This document shows, in pieces, positions 52,094-63,628 of a stretch of DNA of 64,000 bases. The notes under the pieces were generated by a model. That model searched no databases. It saw only the letters and a list, made by a program, of their open reading frames with translations, and was not told the DNA's origin. Every line of letters starts with the position of its first letter. Positions within the stretch are counted from its first letter, which is position 1. Location: NCBI GenBank assembly GCA_022605425.2, contig CM061248.1:1-64000 (forward strand), written 5' to 3'. The stretch is from Hamiltosporidium tvaerminnensis FI-OER-3-3. Lineage: Eukaryota > Fungi > Microsporidia. The position numbers and the translations under genes were made by a program.

Positions 52094-53854
52094 TTAAATT
52101 CGTGTTCTTTTCCTTGATTTACAAGAATTTTTTCCATTATAGAAACAGTCAAATGAAACAAAATTTCTTGCTAAAATCTTTATTCGTTCCATTTCCTTCA
52201 TTCTTTCGATTTCGTTTGGTACTAGACGTGTTTTAATTTTGCTGTTTTTCGTTTTATCAGATAATGTAAAATTTATTGGTTCAATATTATAAAAATAAAC
52301 TTCTGTGTTTTCTTTTAGACGGGAAGATACTGATTTTTTTTTACCGGTCAATTTTGTCATTAACCTTTTATAAAGCCGATTTAAAAATATTCTTTCCAAA
52401 TTCAAATTGGAATACAGATGTGCTTCTTCGTCCTTCAGCGAGGATTTATTAGCACTATGATTTGACATAAATTCTTTTTTTACTTTTTTTGTACAATCAG
52501 TTATTCTTCTAACCAATGCTTGTAGCCTTTGGCTTTTAATAATGGGGTTTCCTAGTATCATTTGAGAACTTATATATTTTAAAGCATCAAATATAAAATT
52601 CACTTTGTTTTGGAATCTTACTTCTTCTTCGTTAACGTATATTACAGGATTTTTGCTGGCAGTATCTTGTATTAAGTTAGATACTTTGATGTTCTTGTTA
52701 CTTTGTATTAGGGTTGGAGTTTTAGAAACTGTATTTTTATGAACTATTGGTAATATGGAATATTCGAATGTCTTTTTAGCTTTAAGTTCATCTTCTTTGG
52801 GAGGTGTAATATTCACAGAAGTATTTTCACGTTCTGATGATTCCACACTCGATTGCTCGTCCGAATATATCGAATTGTTTTGCGAGTTATCATCATAAAT
52901 TACAATTGAAATATTATTTAAATCATTTTGATTAAAGAATGAAGAACGAATTGATTCGATATGTTCAACTAAGGAATCGAGCATAGTGTTTTCCGTAAAA
53001 ATCAAATCATATGTTGAAAAATCAAACTCATCGCTGCAATCTTCTTCTTCAATTGTATCCATGATTTCAAGTTGTGTAGCAAGCTTCTTTCTTTTCTTTT
53101 TATATTTCGCATTTACTGCTTCCTCAATCTCGAGAACGTCTTTTGAATCTGCAATATCAATATGAACAGAATCTTGTGGTTTCTCTTCATATATTTCATC
53201 TTCAGCATAAAATATTTTATAATCATATTTTGGATCGTGTGCAATCGTGTTTGGATTTCTAAACATATAAGGTTCGGAAATTTCTCCGGGTCTCGTTTGA
53301 GGTCCAAGTGATTTTATATCTCTTAGAACTGCTATTGATGAACCAATACCCGTGGTAATATATCTCATTGAATTATTGGGGGAAAATAACCAGCCTTGAT
53401 AGTCCTTAAAACTTTCTTTAAATCCTTCATATGGATCGGTAGCATTACAAACCCCACTGTTCGATTGGAGATGTTTATCTTGTCGACCCTTCAATGAAAC
53501 GGTTTTTTTTTCGGATTCCTTAAAATCAGGTGTAGAATTATATTTAGGTGTAGTGCACTTATTTTGTAATGCTCTTGATACAACTGAACTGTATTTACAT
53601 GTCGTACATGAGTCACACGAAAAAAAATCGGTTTCATGACTAAATGAATTCAGTTCCGGTTCAATTTTATGTTCTAAAGTAGACGTTTCATCTTTTTGAT
53701 CTGTTGGCTCATTGTGATAAGCTCTTTCATTGTTGCTTTTCGGCGTAAACGACGATAAAGAATCAGAAAAATCGTCTTCGTCAGAAAAAGAATGATAGTT
53801 TCCATCAAGATCATCAATACTGCACAATGCTATCGATAAGAAAATAATGAGCAT
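52094..53854 (-). CDS. Orphan protein with signal peptide, putatively secreted
   Basis: 586-codon ORF with N-terminal MLIIFLSIALCS, a KYKKKRKK basic cluster and a basic C-terminus. Confidence 0.85.
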   Translation of the reverse strand: MLIIFLSIALCSIDDLDGNYHSFSDEDDFSDSLSSFTPKSNNERAYHNEPTDQKDETSTLEHKIEPELNSFSHETDFFSCDSCTTCKYSSVVSRALQNKCTTPKYNSTPDFKESEKKTVSLKGRQDKHLQSNSGVCNATDPYEGFKESFKDYQGWLFSPNNSMRYITTGIGSSIAVLRDIKSLGPQTRPGEISEPYMFRNPNTIAHDPKYDYKIFYAEDEIYEEKPQDSVHIDIADSKDVLEIEEAVNAKYKKKRKKLATQLEIMDTIEEEDCSDEFDFSTYDLIFTENTMLDSLVEHIESIRSSFFNQNDLNNISIVIYDDNSQNNSIYSDEQSSVESSERENTSVNITPPKEDELKAKKTFEYSILPIVHKNTVSKTPTLIQSNKNIKVSNLIQDTASKNPVIYVNEEEVRFQNKVNFIFDALKYISSQMILGNPIIKSQRLQALVRRITDCTKKVKKEFMSNHSANKSSLKDEEAHLYSNLNLERIFLNRLYKRLMTKLTGKKKSVSSRLKENTEVYFYNIEPINFTLSDKTKNSKIKTRLVPNEIERMKEMERIKILARNFVSFDCFYNGKNSCKSRKRTRI

Positions 53855-56068
53855 AACCAGGATTCTAAAATTTCATATAAATATTTTTTTATATTGATAA
53901 ATTAATTTTTTTTGTAAATATATCCTTAATAGGAACATTATAAATAATAAGTAATTTTAATACAATGCAGAACATAAATTATATTCATTCTAAAAAAATC
54001 ACGATATATGACATTTTAAGGTATAATTTAAAATTAAATTTTAATTTATCAAAAATCATTTTTTTTTTTTGCAAATGTCATTCGAAATTCATACATAACT
54101 TTTTTTTAGTAAAATCTCTAAAATAAATTTTTTACATTTTTAATTTGATAATATATTCAGTTGCTACGAACAACTATTTTTTCTATAAAAAAGAATCAAT
54201 ATTTATTCCAATTTCTTTTTAAATGAATATATTTTGTTTCGTTTAACCTTTTTTAAAGAAGTTTTAACTTAAACTAAGAAAAATTATTCAATTTTATTTT
54301 AAATCGCATATATTTACAAATATTTTAACAAATCTATTAAGTAAATTTTTTTAATTTTAATTTAAAATAAATCATGATTAAATTAATTTTTAGAAAATAT
54401 TTTTTTTAAATTGGTTATCAACACTTGATTTACTTTCAAATTATATTTTATAAGAAAAAAAATAAATTAAATAATTTGAAATTTTATAATAAAATTTGAA
54501 AATTGGTAAAAAAAAAATAGTAAAAGCAAATAAAGATGGTAAAGATTACGATTGATTAATATATTTAAAATTTATAAGCAAAATACTCTTTGAAGTACCC
54601 ATTGCTCACCTTTGTTAAGTACAAAAATATATCTTTAACTCACCGAATAATATAAAGTATTTGCTTTTAATTTTATGAGAGGATTTTATGTCTGTGTCTC
54701 TACGTGCAACTTGTAACTAAAAAAAAAATCAATTTTAAAAATTTATCACAGAAAGATAAAAAACATATTTTTATTCTTAGATTGATTGTTTTTAAAAACG
54801 ACTGATATATATAAAGTCAAATTATTTTTTATTGTTACTAATTTCCACAAAAAAGGGACTTTATAGTGATGGCAGGTGTTTTGGAATCACTTAATATATG
54901 AAATTCGGATACAGTTTTGTTATAAAATATTGTACATTTGTTTGTATCTAAAGTGATTAGAGGTAAAAATTTCTTAGAATATGTATAGCTTTGATAGGAC
55001 TAAAATATGAAAAAAATTGATATTTCGATTTGGTTCAAAGGAAAGATAAGATAAACTACATAAAAAAACCCGATAAAAAGATTTGAAAGAAATATAAAGA
55101 CCTAATACATTTTATTTATTAGAAACTAAATCATAAACATAATACTATTGTCAAGTTTTTACAACAGATATTGATTTTTAGCTGGAATTTTGGTTATCAG
55201 AAATTTTCATTTTAAATCTTTTAAGAAATCAATGTTGAGGGAAAAAAATTGCAAGTTGAAATATTTAGAATATATTCGTAGGCTTTATAAATTATCGTTT
55301 TTAGTTATTGGCAATACGAAAAATATTTTAAAAAAATAAACGCATCCAAATATTAGATGTTGTGTATTATGTATAATGAAAGTGAGGAGCTGATAGTTTT
55401 AAAAAATACGTGTTTTTTTATTAATAAAGACATATTGTAATGTTTTTTTAATTCTTTCAATTTTAAACATAATTTTTGTGATAAGAGACACAGGATATTG
55501 TTTTTAGTACTCAGTTTATATATCTCACACGAAGCTATATATTGATCATTATTTCGAATAAACATTTATATATTGAACCTCTTTAATTTAACGCAAAACT
55601 CATCTAAAAAATAATTCAAATTGGTTTTAAAAACAAAAAAAAATTCATGAATTGCTTATTCCACCGAGCCGTCTTTACTCAAAATTACAAATTCTCAATC
55701 TAAAGCGAATACAATATTAAATACAGCCAAAATAAAACTCGATAAAGCCCTAAAAATGCCCAATATTTAATCCAAGCTTATTTCAGAAAATACATATGAG
55801 GTTGAATAATTCTGTTCTCAAAAAACTAATAATATAAGATTTTTTTTTCTAGAAGCAATACAAGGAAACTTAGTTTAAGCAAAAAAAATAATCGAAAGAT
55901 GCATTGATCATCCGATGAACTATAATATTTTTGCTAATATCTGAACCACTTTACAGCAATATTTATTAAATATTTTTACAAGATAGATATAAATTTATAC
56001 ATTTTTAATGATATTTTTTTCTCTACATAGATAATTTGAACTTTTTAAAGTAAATAGTTCTCTACACA

Positions 56069-59000
56069 TTTATTTAATAAAATTCTGGGTTAAAATATTT
56101 TAACATTTTTATATGTTTTCTTCTACCTCTTTAACCACTATTGTTTCTTCTTCCAAATCCGACTCTTCATTTATGTTATTGGTCGGTTCCTCCAGAGTGG
56201 TTCCTCCTTGTGAAATAAGGGGTGTATTATTTTTTGGTTTTAAAGTTTTAACACCATCTTCCTCTCTTTTCGCTTCTTTTAAAGGGGGTATTGGTTCCTC
56301 ATGCATCTCTGATCTCATAATAACACACATTGACGCTCTCTCCCAGCTCTCTTCGGCATTTAGTCCTGACTCGAATCCTCTTCGTCGATCAAAGGAAATT
56401 GTTCCGACTGTCTTCTTAAGTACTATAGACTGAATGTATGCCTCACATTCATGGGTATTTCTAGTCTTTTAAGATGAGATTTATGGTATTTTGTCACAAT
56501 ACCGTCCCAGTTCATCACTTAAGGGATTATCTCAACACTACACTTATAAATAAGACCCAAATCATTGGCTAGCAGGTCATACTTCCTAAGTTTTTCAGTT
56601 TCAACTATTTGAAGTGAATCTTGGGAAGTGATTCCTACTTCAATGAGTGTTATCTTATTCTTCTTCTTATCTAAAATAAATATGTCCGGTCTGTTATTCC
56701 GAATTTTAACATCAGTTTTAATTCTGGTGTCCACTCTTATCTCTGCATACTCATAACAAGAATTTCTTGAACTGAGTGACTCCTTATTCGTTTGGAAGAC
56801 TTAAACTTATATCTATTTAGAAGAAGTAGGTGTAGGCATCCTACCACTTCATTATGCCGTCTAGTGTAATCATGGCCTAGCATTTTTTCACATCTAGTTG
56901 CTAGATGATCTACAGTCTTACCAGACTTCCCACAATGTTGACACACACCATCTGCTCCCCAGAATACATTTCTATCCTGGATATAGCAGAACACAGCTTC
57001 ATTTCGTGGCCTAATATTTCCTCTCTTTAGCCATCTTGAAGAGTCACTAACACTCACAAGCTCATTTTTTCTTGCATTATATAACTTTGAATGGAGTTTT
57101 CGTTTTTCTATTTCGTTATATAGTTTTGCAAGTTGAGCTTCTTCTAAACTTTTCTTAGTGACTTCTTCTACCAACCTGTACTTTACTTTTAAGAAGCCTT
57201 TTATTAGTGCAAGATGGGTTTTATTATTATTCTCCACCTTGAGGATTGCTGCTCGTCTAGTTGATATTTCTTTACTTTTTTCCAGACAATCCAAGAGTTG
57301 CAGAAGCATATGTTCGCTTCGCAACTCAACACTATGTAGGCCTCTTCCAAGTTCTGTTCTAGGAAGGTATAAACGCTCTTTACATCCTGGGCGGAGATGT
57401 ATCTTATTCTTCACCAACACCGCACGCACTGCATCATCTAACTTAGAGAAGTCAGCTGGTTCAAGTCGAAGTACTCCTATGTGGTAGTCGATTAACGATA
57501 TCGCATGTTGATTAATTGCAGAAAATAAATTTTTTGCGTTTAATCTAGTGTGACAAAGTCTTTCAACTCTTGATATAAGTTTGCTTTGTACTTCTTCAAA
57601 TGAGCTACGTGTTGGAATTCCTCTGCTATCTTCTATTATTCCTAAATATTTGTAAACACTAACACCTTCTAGAAGAGTAGCAGTATCTTCACAACACGTA
57701 TCATTTGTGGCTGACTTCTCTTTGTTAATCTCTAAGCCAATCACCTCTTAAAATTCCTTTGCCTCGCCTGTCATAGCACTCAATGTGGAGCTGTCTTTTG
57801 CAAGGAGCTTAAGATCATCAATAAACAAGAGATGATTCGTAGAATGGGATTCTGCATCTGTTTGTACTGTCACTTTTGTGTATTTTTCATTAAGCTTTCG
57901 GCTTAATGGATCCATACACAAAACAAATAACAATGGTGACAAACTATCTCCTTGTAGAATCCCTCTATCAATCTTCTTGCTCATGATTTTTTTAGGCCCT
58001 ACTGATATATCAATTTTCCATTTTGATATAATTACCTTAATAAATTTCAGGATCCAATCAGGTAAATTAAGGTTTTCAATGCATTGAGTTAAATAAGCAT
58101 GATCTATTGAATCATAAGCTTTTTTAACATCAATCCATGTTGCCTTAAGATTATTTCCATACTCTTTATTTAAGGCAATATTCAGTAGAGCCTGCTCTTT
58201 CGCTCCCTGCACACCTCTTACCGCCCCTAGTTGGTTCTCTGCAAGCAACCCTCGCCTTTCCACTTCGAGTTGAACGACTTTCGTTACACACTTTGTCGTT
58301 AACTTATAGAGGTTGGACATACAAGTGATTGGCCTGTAGTCAGAGCCTCTTCGTGGAATTCCTTTCGGTATCAAATACGTAAGCCCGCAGTAAAACCAAT
58401 CAGCTTGAGGTGTTCCTTCTAAACATATAACTTTCACAATATCATAAAGATATTTGTGAAGAGTTGTAAGTTTCTTAATGAAAAAATTGTAAATACCATC
58501 AATTCCAGCAGCTTTCCAATTAGTGAGCCAATTAATGATATTCACAAATTCATCAAGTGAAGGAAACGTGGTCGGATGATTATCTGATACAAATGGAATC
58601 AAATAATCATCGTACGTGACTGTGTCATCATTTTTGTTCCACATTGTAGACCAAAAACTCACAATTTCATCACGGCTAACCACATGCTCGGATTCCACAC
58701 GCTCAGATAACCCACGATAAAATCGACCTCGGAAAAGCTCAAACATACGATTCTCTTTTCGGAATTGCTTCCTACTTTCATGCATCGTAATTTTTTTCTC
58801 GTAAACATTCAAAGACTCATTCTTCTTAACTAAAGCCTCAGAAAGATCAGTTACACTGCTCAAGTTTAAATTAAACTCTCGCATGATTTTCTTAAGGCTC
58901 TTCGTTTCCGAAGTAGAGAGCTTTTCCTGCTTACGAGCCTTCTCGAGAAGATCTTTGGAAAGTACTAACTTAGAAATTTTACTTTCTATGTTTTCCTTCC

Positions 59001-59876
59001 AAGCGGATCTAGGCTTTTCTTTGCGTGTTGCCTCGTCATAGCATACCTGCGCAGCTTGCATGATATATGCGGCTTCCGTAATTGACTCAGGTACATGAGC
59101 TCCTGCATATTCACCGACTACTCGATTAATGAGATCCAGAACTTTACTATCAACCAACTCATTTGGATGTTTTCTTGTTCGGACCACCATTTTTCCAATT
59201 TCCTTCATCGAGATTTCTTTGATTTTACTCAAGAATTTATCTTTCAGGTTTATGTACTCCGTGGTGTCGGTCAAGGTGCATGTATCAGCGAGACAAGTGG
59301 CGATTCTACGTCGCTCTCCATTCTCTTCTGATTTTACTTCCTTTCCCATCTCACTTTGTGCCAATTTTTTTAACACTTCGAGAGTTTCAGTGCAGCCGAA
59401 TTTCTCATTATAGTACCTGTGAAGCTCTGTCCAGCCATTTCTTGGCATTCTTTCAAACCTTGTCTGTACTGCAAAAAAAACAATTCGAGGCCATTCCTTC
59501 GGGTCGGCTGTTACAGAATCGAATATCGTCCGCAATGCCATTAGCCTGTTACCTTCCGGAATAGCTAGAGTACAGGGGCTTGTCATGTCGTACGATGGCT
59601 CGCACGCAGAGACTTCAACCGAAGAGGGAACTGGTGTAGTAGGCGAAGGTAAGGTGTCAAGCCCACTATTTTGCATTTTACTGCATGTTTGGCTTGGTGG
59701 TGGAGGTGTTATTGTTGTGTAGGAGGAGGAAGGTAGGGAAATCGCCGGTGGGTGTAGCTTATATTTTTGTACCTCACTATCACTCTTCATCACCTCATCA
59801 GCGTCGTTTGCAGCCTTTATTTTGGTATTTTTCGATATTTCGCTGCTAACATTTTTCTTTCTACCCATTTTATTCT
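56069..59876 (-). mobile_element. Full-length non-LTR retrotransposon with RT and C-terminal restriction-like endonuclease (R4/Dong-like), inactivated; flanked by a 12-bp TSD
   Basis: RT motifs WKAAGIDG, YRPITC, IDVKKAYDSIDH, GILQGDSLSPLLF, LFIDDL, YKYLG. CCHC knuckle CQHC..DHLATRC, RHNEV, and RPD...IEV...EK..KY nuclease motifs. Direct repeat gttctctacaca at 56057-56068 and 59877-59888. Confidence 0.93.
56109..59868 (-). pseudogene. Single ~1250-aa retrotransposon ORF broken by four lesions
   Basis: In-frame TAA at 57748-57750; frameshift near 56755; in-frame TAA at 56519-56521 (TAT in the sister copy); frameshift near 56445 (GTAGAG in the sister copy vs GTGAG here). Confidence 0.88.
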
Positions 59877-61495
59877 GTTCTCTACACAAATAAATTAAAT
59901 AAATTTAAAGTTTACACTATTTTAAAGAGAAATTGGAAAGTTTGCTAAAACATGGTTTTCTAAGAAAACATCACCAACATATTATAAAATGAAATTCTTT
60001 CTAACATCTGAAAACTTAGAATAAAAAAGGATAATCTGACTATAAAACCGCATTTAATATCTCAATATAGAACCATAATCAAAGTTAGAAACCCTTTTGT
60101 AGCTTAAAAAATGAAATTCGTTAAAAAAAAATCTAACATTTTAATTTGATTAAAAAACCAGAATAGGTTGCTTTGAATCTATGACTCAACAAATTGCGTT
60201 TTTAAAAATTAATTTCGAGTCGTATGCTTTCAAAAATGATTTTTTTAGACTAATATGCAAGAATTTACTATTTTACTTAAACTATCTTTTCTTGTAATTG
60301 CGGATTTTTTTATTACGAAACCAAAAACATCTCTAAAATAGCAAATTAATTAATAAAAATAGGTTATCAAAAAGATAAAATCATGATGAAGAAAATTAAA
60401 AATACGTTTAATTTTATTGACAAATCTAACATGGAAAGACAAATATTGGCTAAGAAAGAATATTGTAAATTTTTAAAGCTTCTCATTTTTCAATCTTATT
60501 TAAAAATATAATCGGTATTTTCGAATGAGAAATACTAAATTTTAAATTAATTAGCTTACAATATTAGTGCGTAAAAATACCTGGAATTTTACTTAGTAAA
60601 ATTGAAATATTCTTTTTTTTGGAAGTTAAAATATTTGTTCCGATTTCCAAATAACTTTTTTAACATTCAAATTATTTTAGATTTAAAATATTTTCTAATC
60701 CGAAGCCGAAATATTTAAGCAACAAATATTTTACTTTTACTTAGGACATCAAAAGGAAAATCTAATGATTTTGTAGCCTTCTCTTTCCCCAAATAGTGAA
60801 ACTTATACAACGAACGAGGCAATACTTTTTATTTAATTTAAGTGTTTTGGATATTCTTCTTTTTACTTGTTAGTTTTCTGCCCAACATAATCTAGAATTT
60901 GGAAGTATGAAAAATGCACTCAGCAGAATCAAACTCGGCCAGTGGATTAAATATCAATATCCTAAATAATATATGTTTGTTCAGTCAAATAATTTCTTAG
61001 AATAAATTTAATGCACTTTTGCTGTGTGAATCATAGTAGGAAATCTAAAAACCGAGAATTCATCATTTCTTTTCATTATTCATAAACAGATAAATAAATT
61101 TGGAATTTTTTTGGTATAATTTTGCTTCACAAAATTTTCTGTTCTTATAATTTTTGACAACTTACATTCGTTTTTAGCTTGGTTTCTTGAATATAGAGTC
61201 TTTTTTTCATCAATATTTGTTTATTGAGTTAATATTATTTAAAACCCCGATATTATGAATTAAATGATTTCTATTATAAATTCTGCTTTTTTACTGAAAA
61301 AGCTGTAATTACAGATAATTAACGTTTATTTTCATTTAATTAACCCGTTTCTTTACAAAATTCAACTTTATCGATTATATACCTAAATTAATCATAAAAA
61401 ACTTAATAATCGGTTTTTTTGTCAAAGATAGATAAATTAATTTCTACTTAGAAATATAAACAAAAAATATATTTACCCTACAATTATAATCAATA

Positions 61496-63628
61496 ATGAA
61501 GTATGTTCTTAAACAGAAAAATATATTTATATTATTTATTCGATATGTCTTTTCGAGCCAAATATTTACTGATTTATTAACTAATGATTCGGCTTCTAAT
61601 TTACATTCAGATATGGTTTTTGATCGAAACAAAGAACAGAATAATTCTGTTTTAGAAAACAATCATTGTATGTTTTCATTTGCAAAGAATAATGAATCTA
61701 ACACATCATTGCGATTTCAATCTACAATAGAAGTATGTAATTCGACTTTTCCAGAAGAAAGATATAACCCACGAGTTTTTACTAATAACTCTTGTATATT
61801 TTCTGATTGTACATATGATAATATAAGTGAGAGACCCGAAAATTCCAATTATGGCAATAATCAAAGACATTTCAGATCAACAAGCCATCCAAATTTATTT
61901 TTTGATTGCGAAAAACGAGTGAATAGTGCTTATTATTCCGCTCATGATCCTAATATAGCATCCGCAGAGATTTCAAGAGCATCCGAAAATTTCACACAAA
62001 CCCTCAACCCCACGGTTTCAAGCCAGTTAAACTACGGATGTATACCTATCTATGAAACCAGGCATAAATCTTTCGAAAATAAATTTTCGCAAAAATATTT
62101 GGATCAGAGAATGATGCCATATCAAAAATCTAATGAGTCAGATTCAACAAGTTATACCTGCGAACCTTACGTACAAAATCAAAAATTAACAATTCCTTTT
62201 ACATCAGAAAAAAAAACAGATTCTCAAAAACGAAAGCGCCAGATAATATCATTAGATCCTTCGAATATTAAAAAAAAATGCGATGGCTTACATTCAAACA
62301 GCGAACCCTCTAACCAACTAGATTCTTTATCACCTGTTATGTTATTCATGTCTGATGAGATTTTGATAAATAATAATAGCAATGAAATAAAATTTCCATA
62401 TTATGAACTTGCTGGAGAAACTTTAAGTATATTTATGGATAAAAAAAATAAAAAGTATTGCGAAAATTATGAATATTTTTTGTCTTTTATTCCCGGCCTA
62501 TTTTTAGAAATAGAAACGGTATCCGAGGAAGACTTCTTGTTTAATCAAATCCATTCAAATTCAATTTTAAGTCATTTATCATCTGATAATTGGAATAAAT
62601 ATATTGACGATAAAATAGAAAATTACGATTTTATTAGTATTGATTCCGAAGTTGAACTTAAAAAAATTTCGACTTTTAGCGAAGGTCTTATATTCTACGA
62701 AAAAAACGTGCCAAGCCACATGAAAAATTCTCATTTAATGCCTTTATATGAAAAAATGACTTTTATTTTGTTAAAAATGAAATCTGAAGATAGTTTCGGA
62801 TTATTTTATGAACTTATAAAATTTGAAACATATTATGAAACCAATTTATATAACTATATAGAGCCAAACCACAACTTATATGTATATTATATTTTATCAA
62901 TTATTTTAAAACAGTTAAAACACATCAACAGTCATGTCTTTAGTGATTCAAATATTTATAACCGTAAAAAAATTTTGTGCCGTCAGCCTTTTAATAGTAT
63001 ACAGAAACAGGAATATAACAAGAAGTTTTTTGTTCAAAGATTGTTTTCAAAATTATTATTAGGAATGAAAAATGGCATATTAAGAAGTAAGTTTTATAAT
63101 GTTGCTTTAATTCTTGATATTTCATCGGAAAAACACAGGCGGAAATACTATTTCAATCAGACTTCTTATTTTATATTTTTTCTTAGAGTTTTTACATCAT
63201 TTGTTCTCGAGCCAAATTTTAATTCGAATGCAGAGAGTTTAGACAAATTTTGCCGCCTTTCTTTAGATATTATAAATCTCTCACGTAGTCTCGGTGATAG
63301 GTTTTTAGAAAAACTAGCATTTATGATGGAGAATTTTAATTCGGGAGTTTTCACAGTAAAGACCAATATCAAATTAATTAGAAAATTTTGGGGTTGTGAT
63401 AAAGATCGAATCCGATTAAATGATAAACTGATATATTTATACAATAAGAATAATCTTTTGTATGGTTCTCCATCTATTCCTCATATGTATTTCTCTATCA
63501 ATGATATATTCTTGTCAGAAATATGCTTAAGTGCTTGCCTTTCTAGGATATATAGCGGTATTTGTTTCGATGAAGGAGTGAATTGTTATGGATTGAAAGT
63601 AATATTGGAAAAAAGATTAAAGCTTTGA
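61496..63628 (+). CDS. Orphan protein, putatively secreted, with bipartite NLS-like motif
   Basis: 710-codon ORF with N-terminal IFILFIRYVFSS, an Asn/Ser-rich N-third, KRKRQIISLDPSNIKKK, and a hydrophobic, probably helical C-terminal half. Confidence 0.82.
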   Translation: MKYVLKQKNIFILFIRYVFSSQIFTDLLTNDSASNLHSDMVFDRNKEQNNSVLENNHCMFSFAKNNESNTSLRFQSTIEVCNSTFPEERYNPRVFTNNSCIFSDCTYDNISERPENSNYGNNQRHFRSTSHPNLFFDCEKRVNSAYYSAHDPNIASAEISRASENFTQTLNPTVSSQLNYGCIPIYETRHKSFENKFSQKYLDQRMMPYQKSNESDSTSYTCEPYVQNQKLTIPFTSEKKTDSQKRKRQIISLDPSNIKKKCDGLHSNSEPSNQLDSLSPVMLFMSDEILINNNSNEIKFPYYELAGETLSIFMDKKNKKYCENYEYFLSFIPGLFLEIETVSEEDFLFNQIHSNSILSHLSSDNWNKYIDDKIENYDFISIDSEVELKKISTFSEGLIFYEKNVPSHMKNSHLMPLYEKMTFILLKMKSEDSFGLFYELIKFETYYETNLYNYIEPNHNLYVYYILSIILKQLKHINSHVFSDSNIYNRKKILCRQPFNSIQKQEYNKKFFVQRLFSKLLLGMKNGILRSKFYNVALILDISSEKHRRKYYFNQTSYFIFFLRVFTSFVLEPNFNSNAESLDKFCRLSLDIINLSRSLGDRFLEKLAFMMENFNSGVFTVKTNIKLIRKFWGCDKDRIRLNDKLIYLYNKNNLLYGSPSIPHMYFSINDIFLSEICLSACLSRIYSGICFDEGVNCYGLKVILEKRLKL

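Noticed and set aside
59869-59889. TTG start (MCREQNK) of the retrotransposon ORF
   Set aside because: It overlaps the target-site duplication, which is host DNA; ATG at 59868 is the plausible start.
7948-63444. Short ORFs (60-130 aa) in the track, e.g. 7948, 9448, 12002, 20775, 22384, 29271, 35623, 38222, 40900, 43896, 50482, 57158, 59129, 61444, 63166
   Set aside because: They are shadows overlapping real genes or repeats, or low-complexity F/I/K/L/N/Y-rich chance ORFs in AT-rich DNA, many with non-ATG starts.
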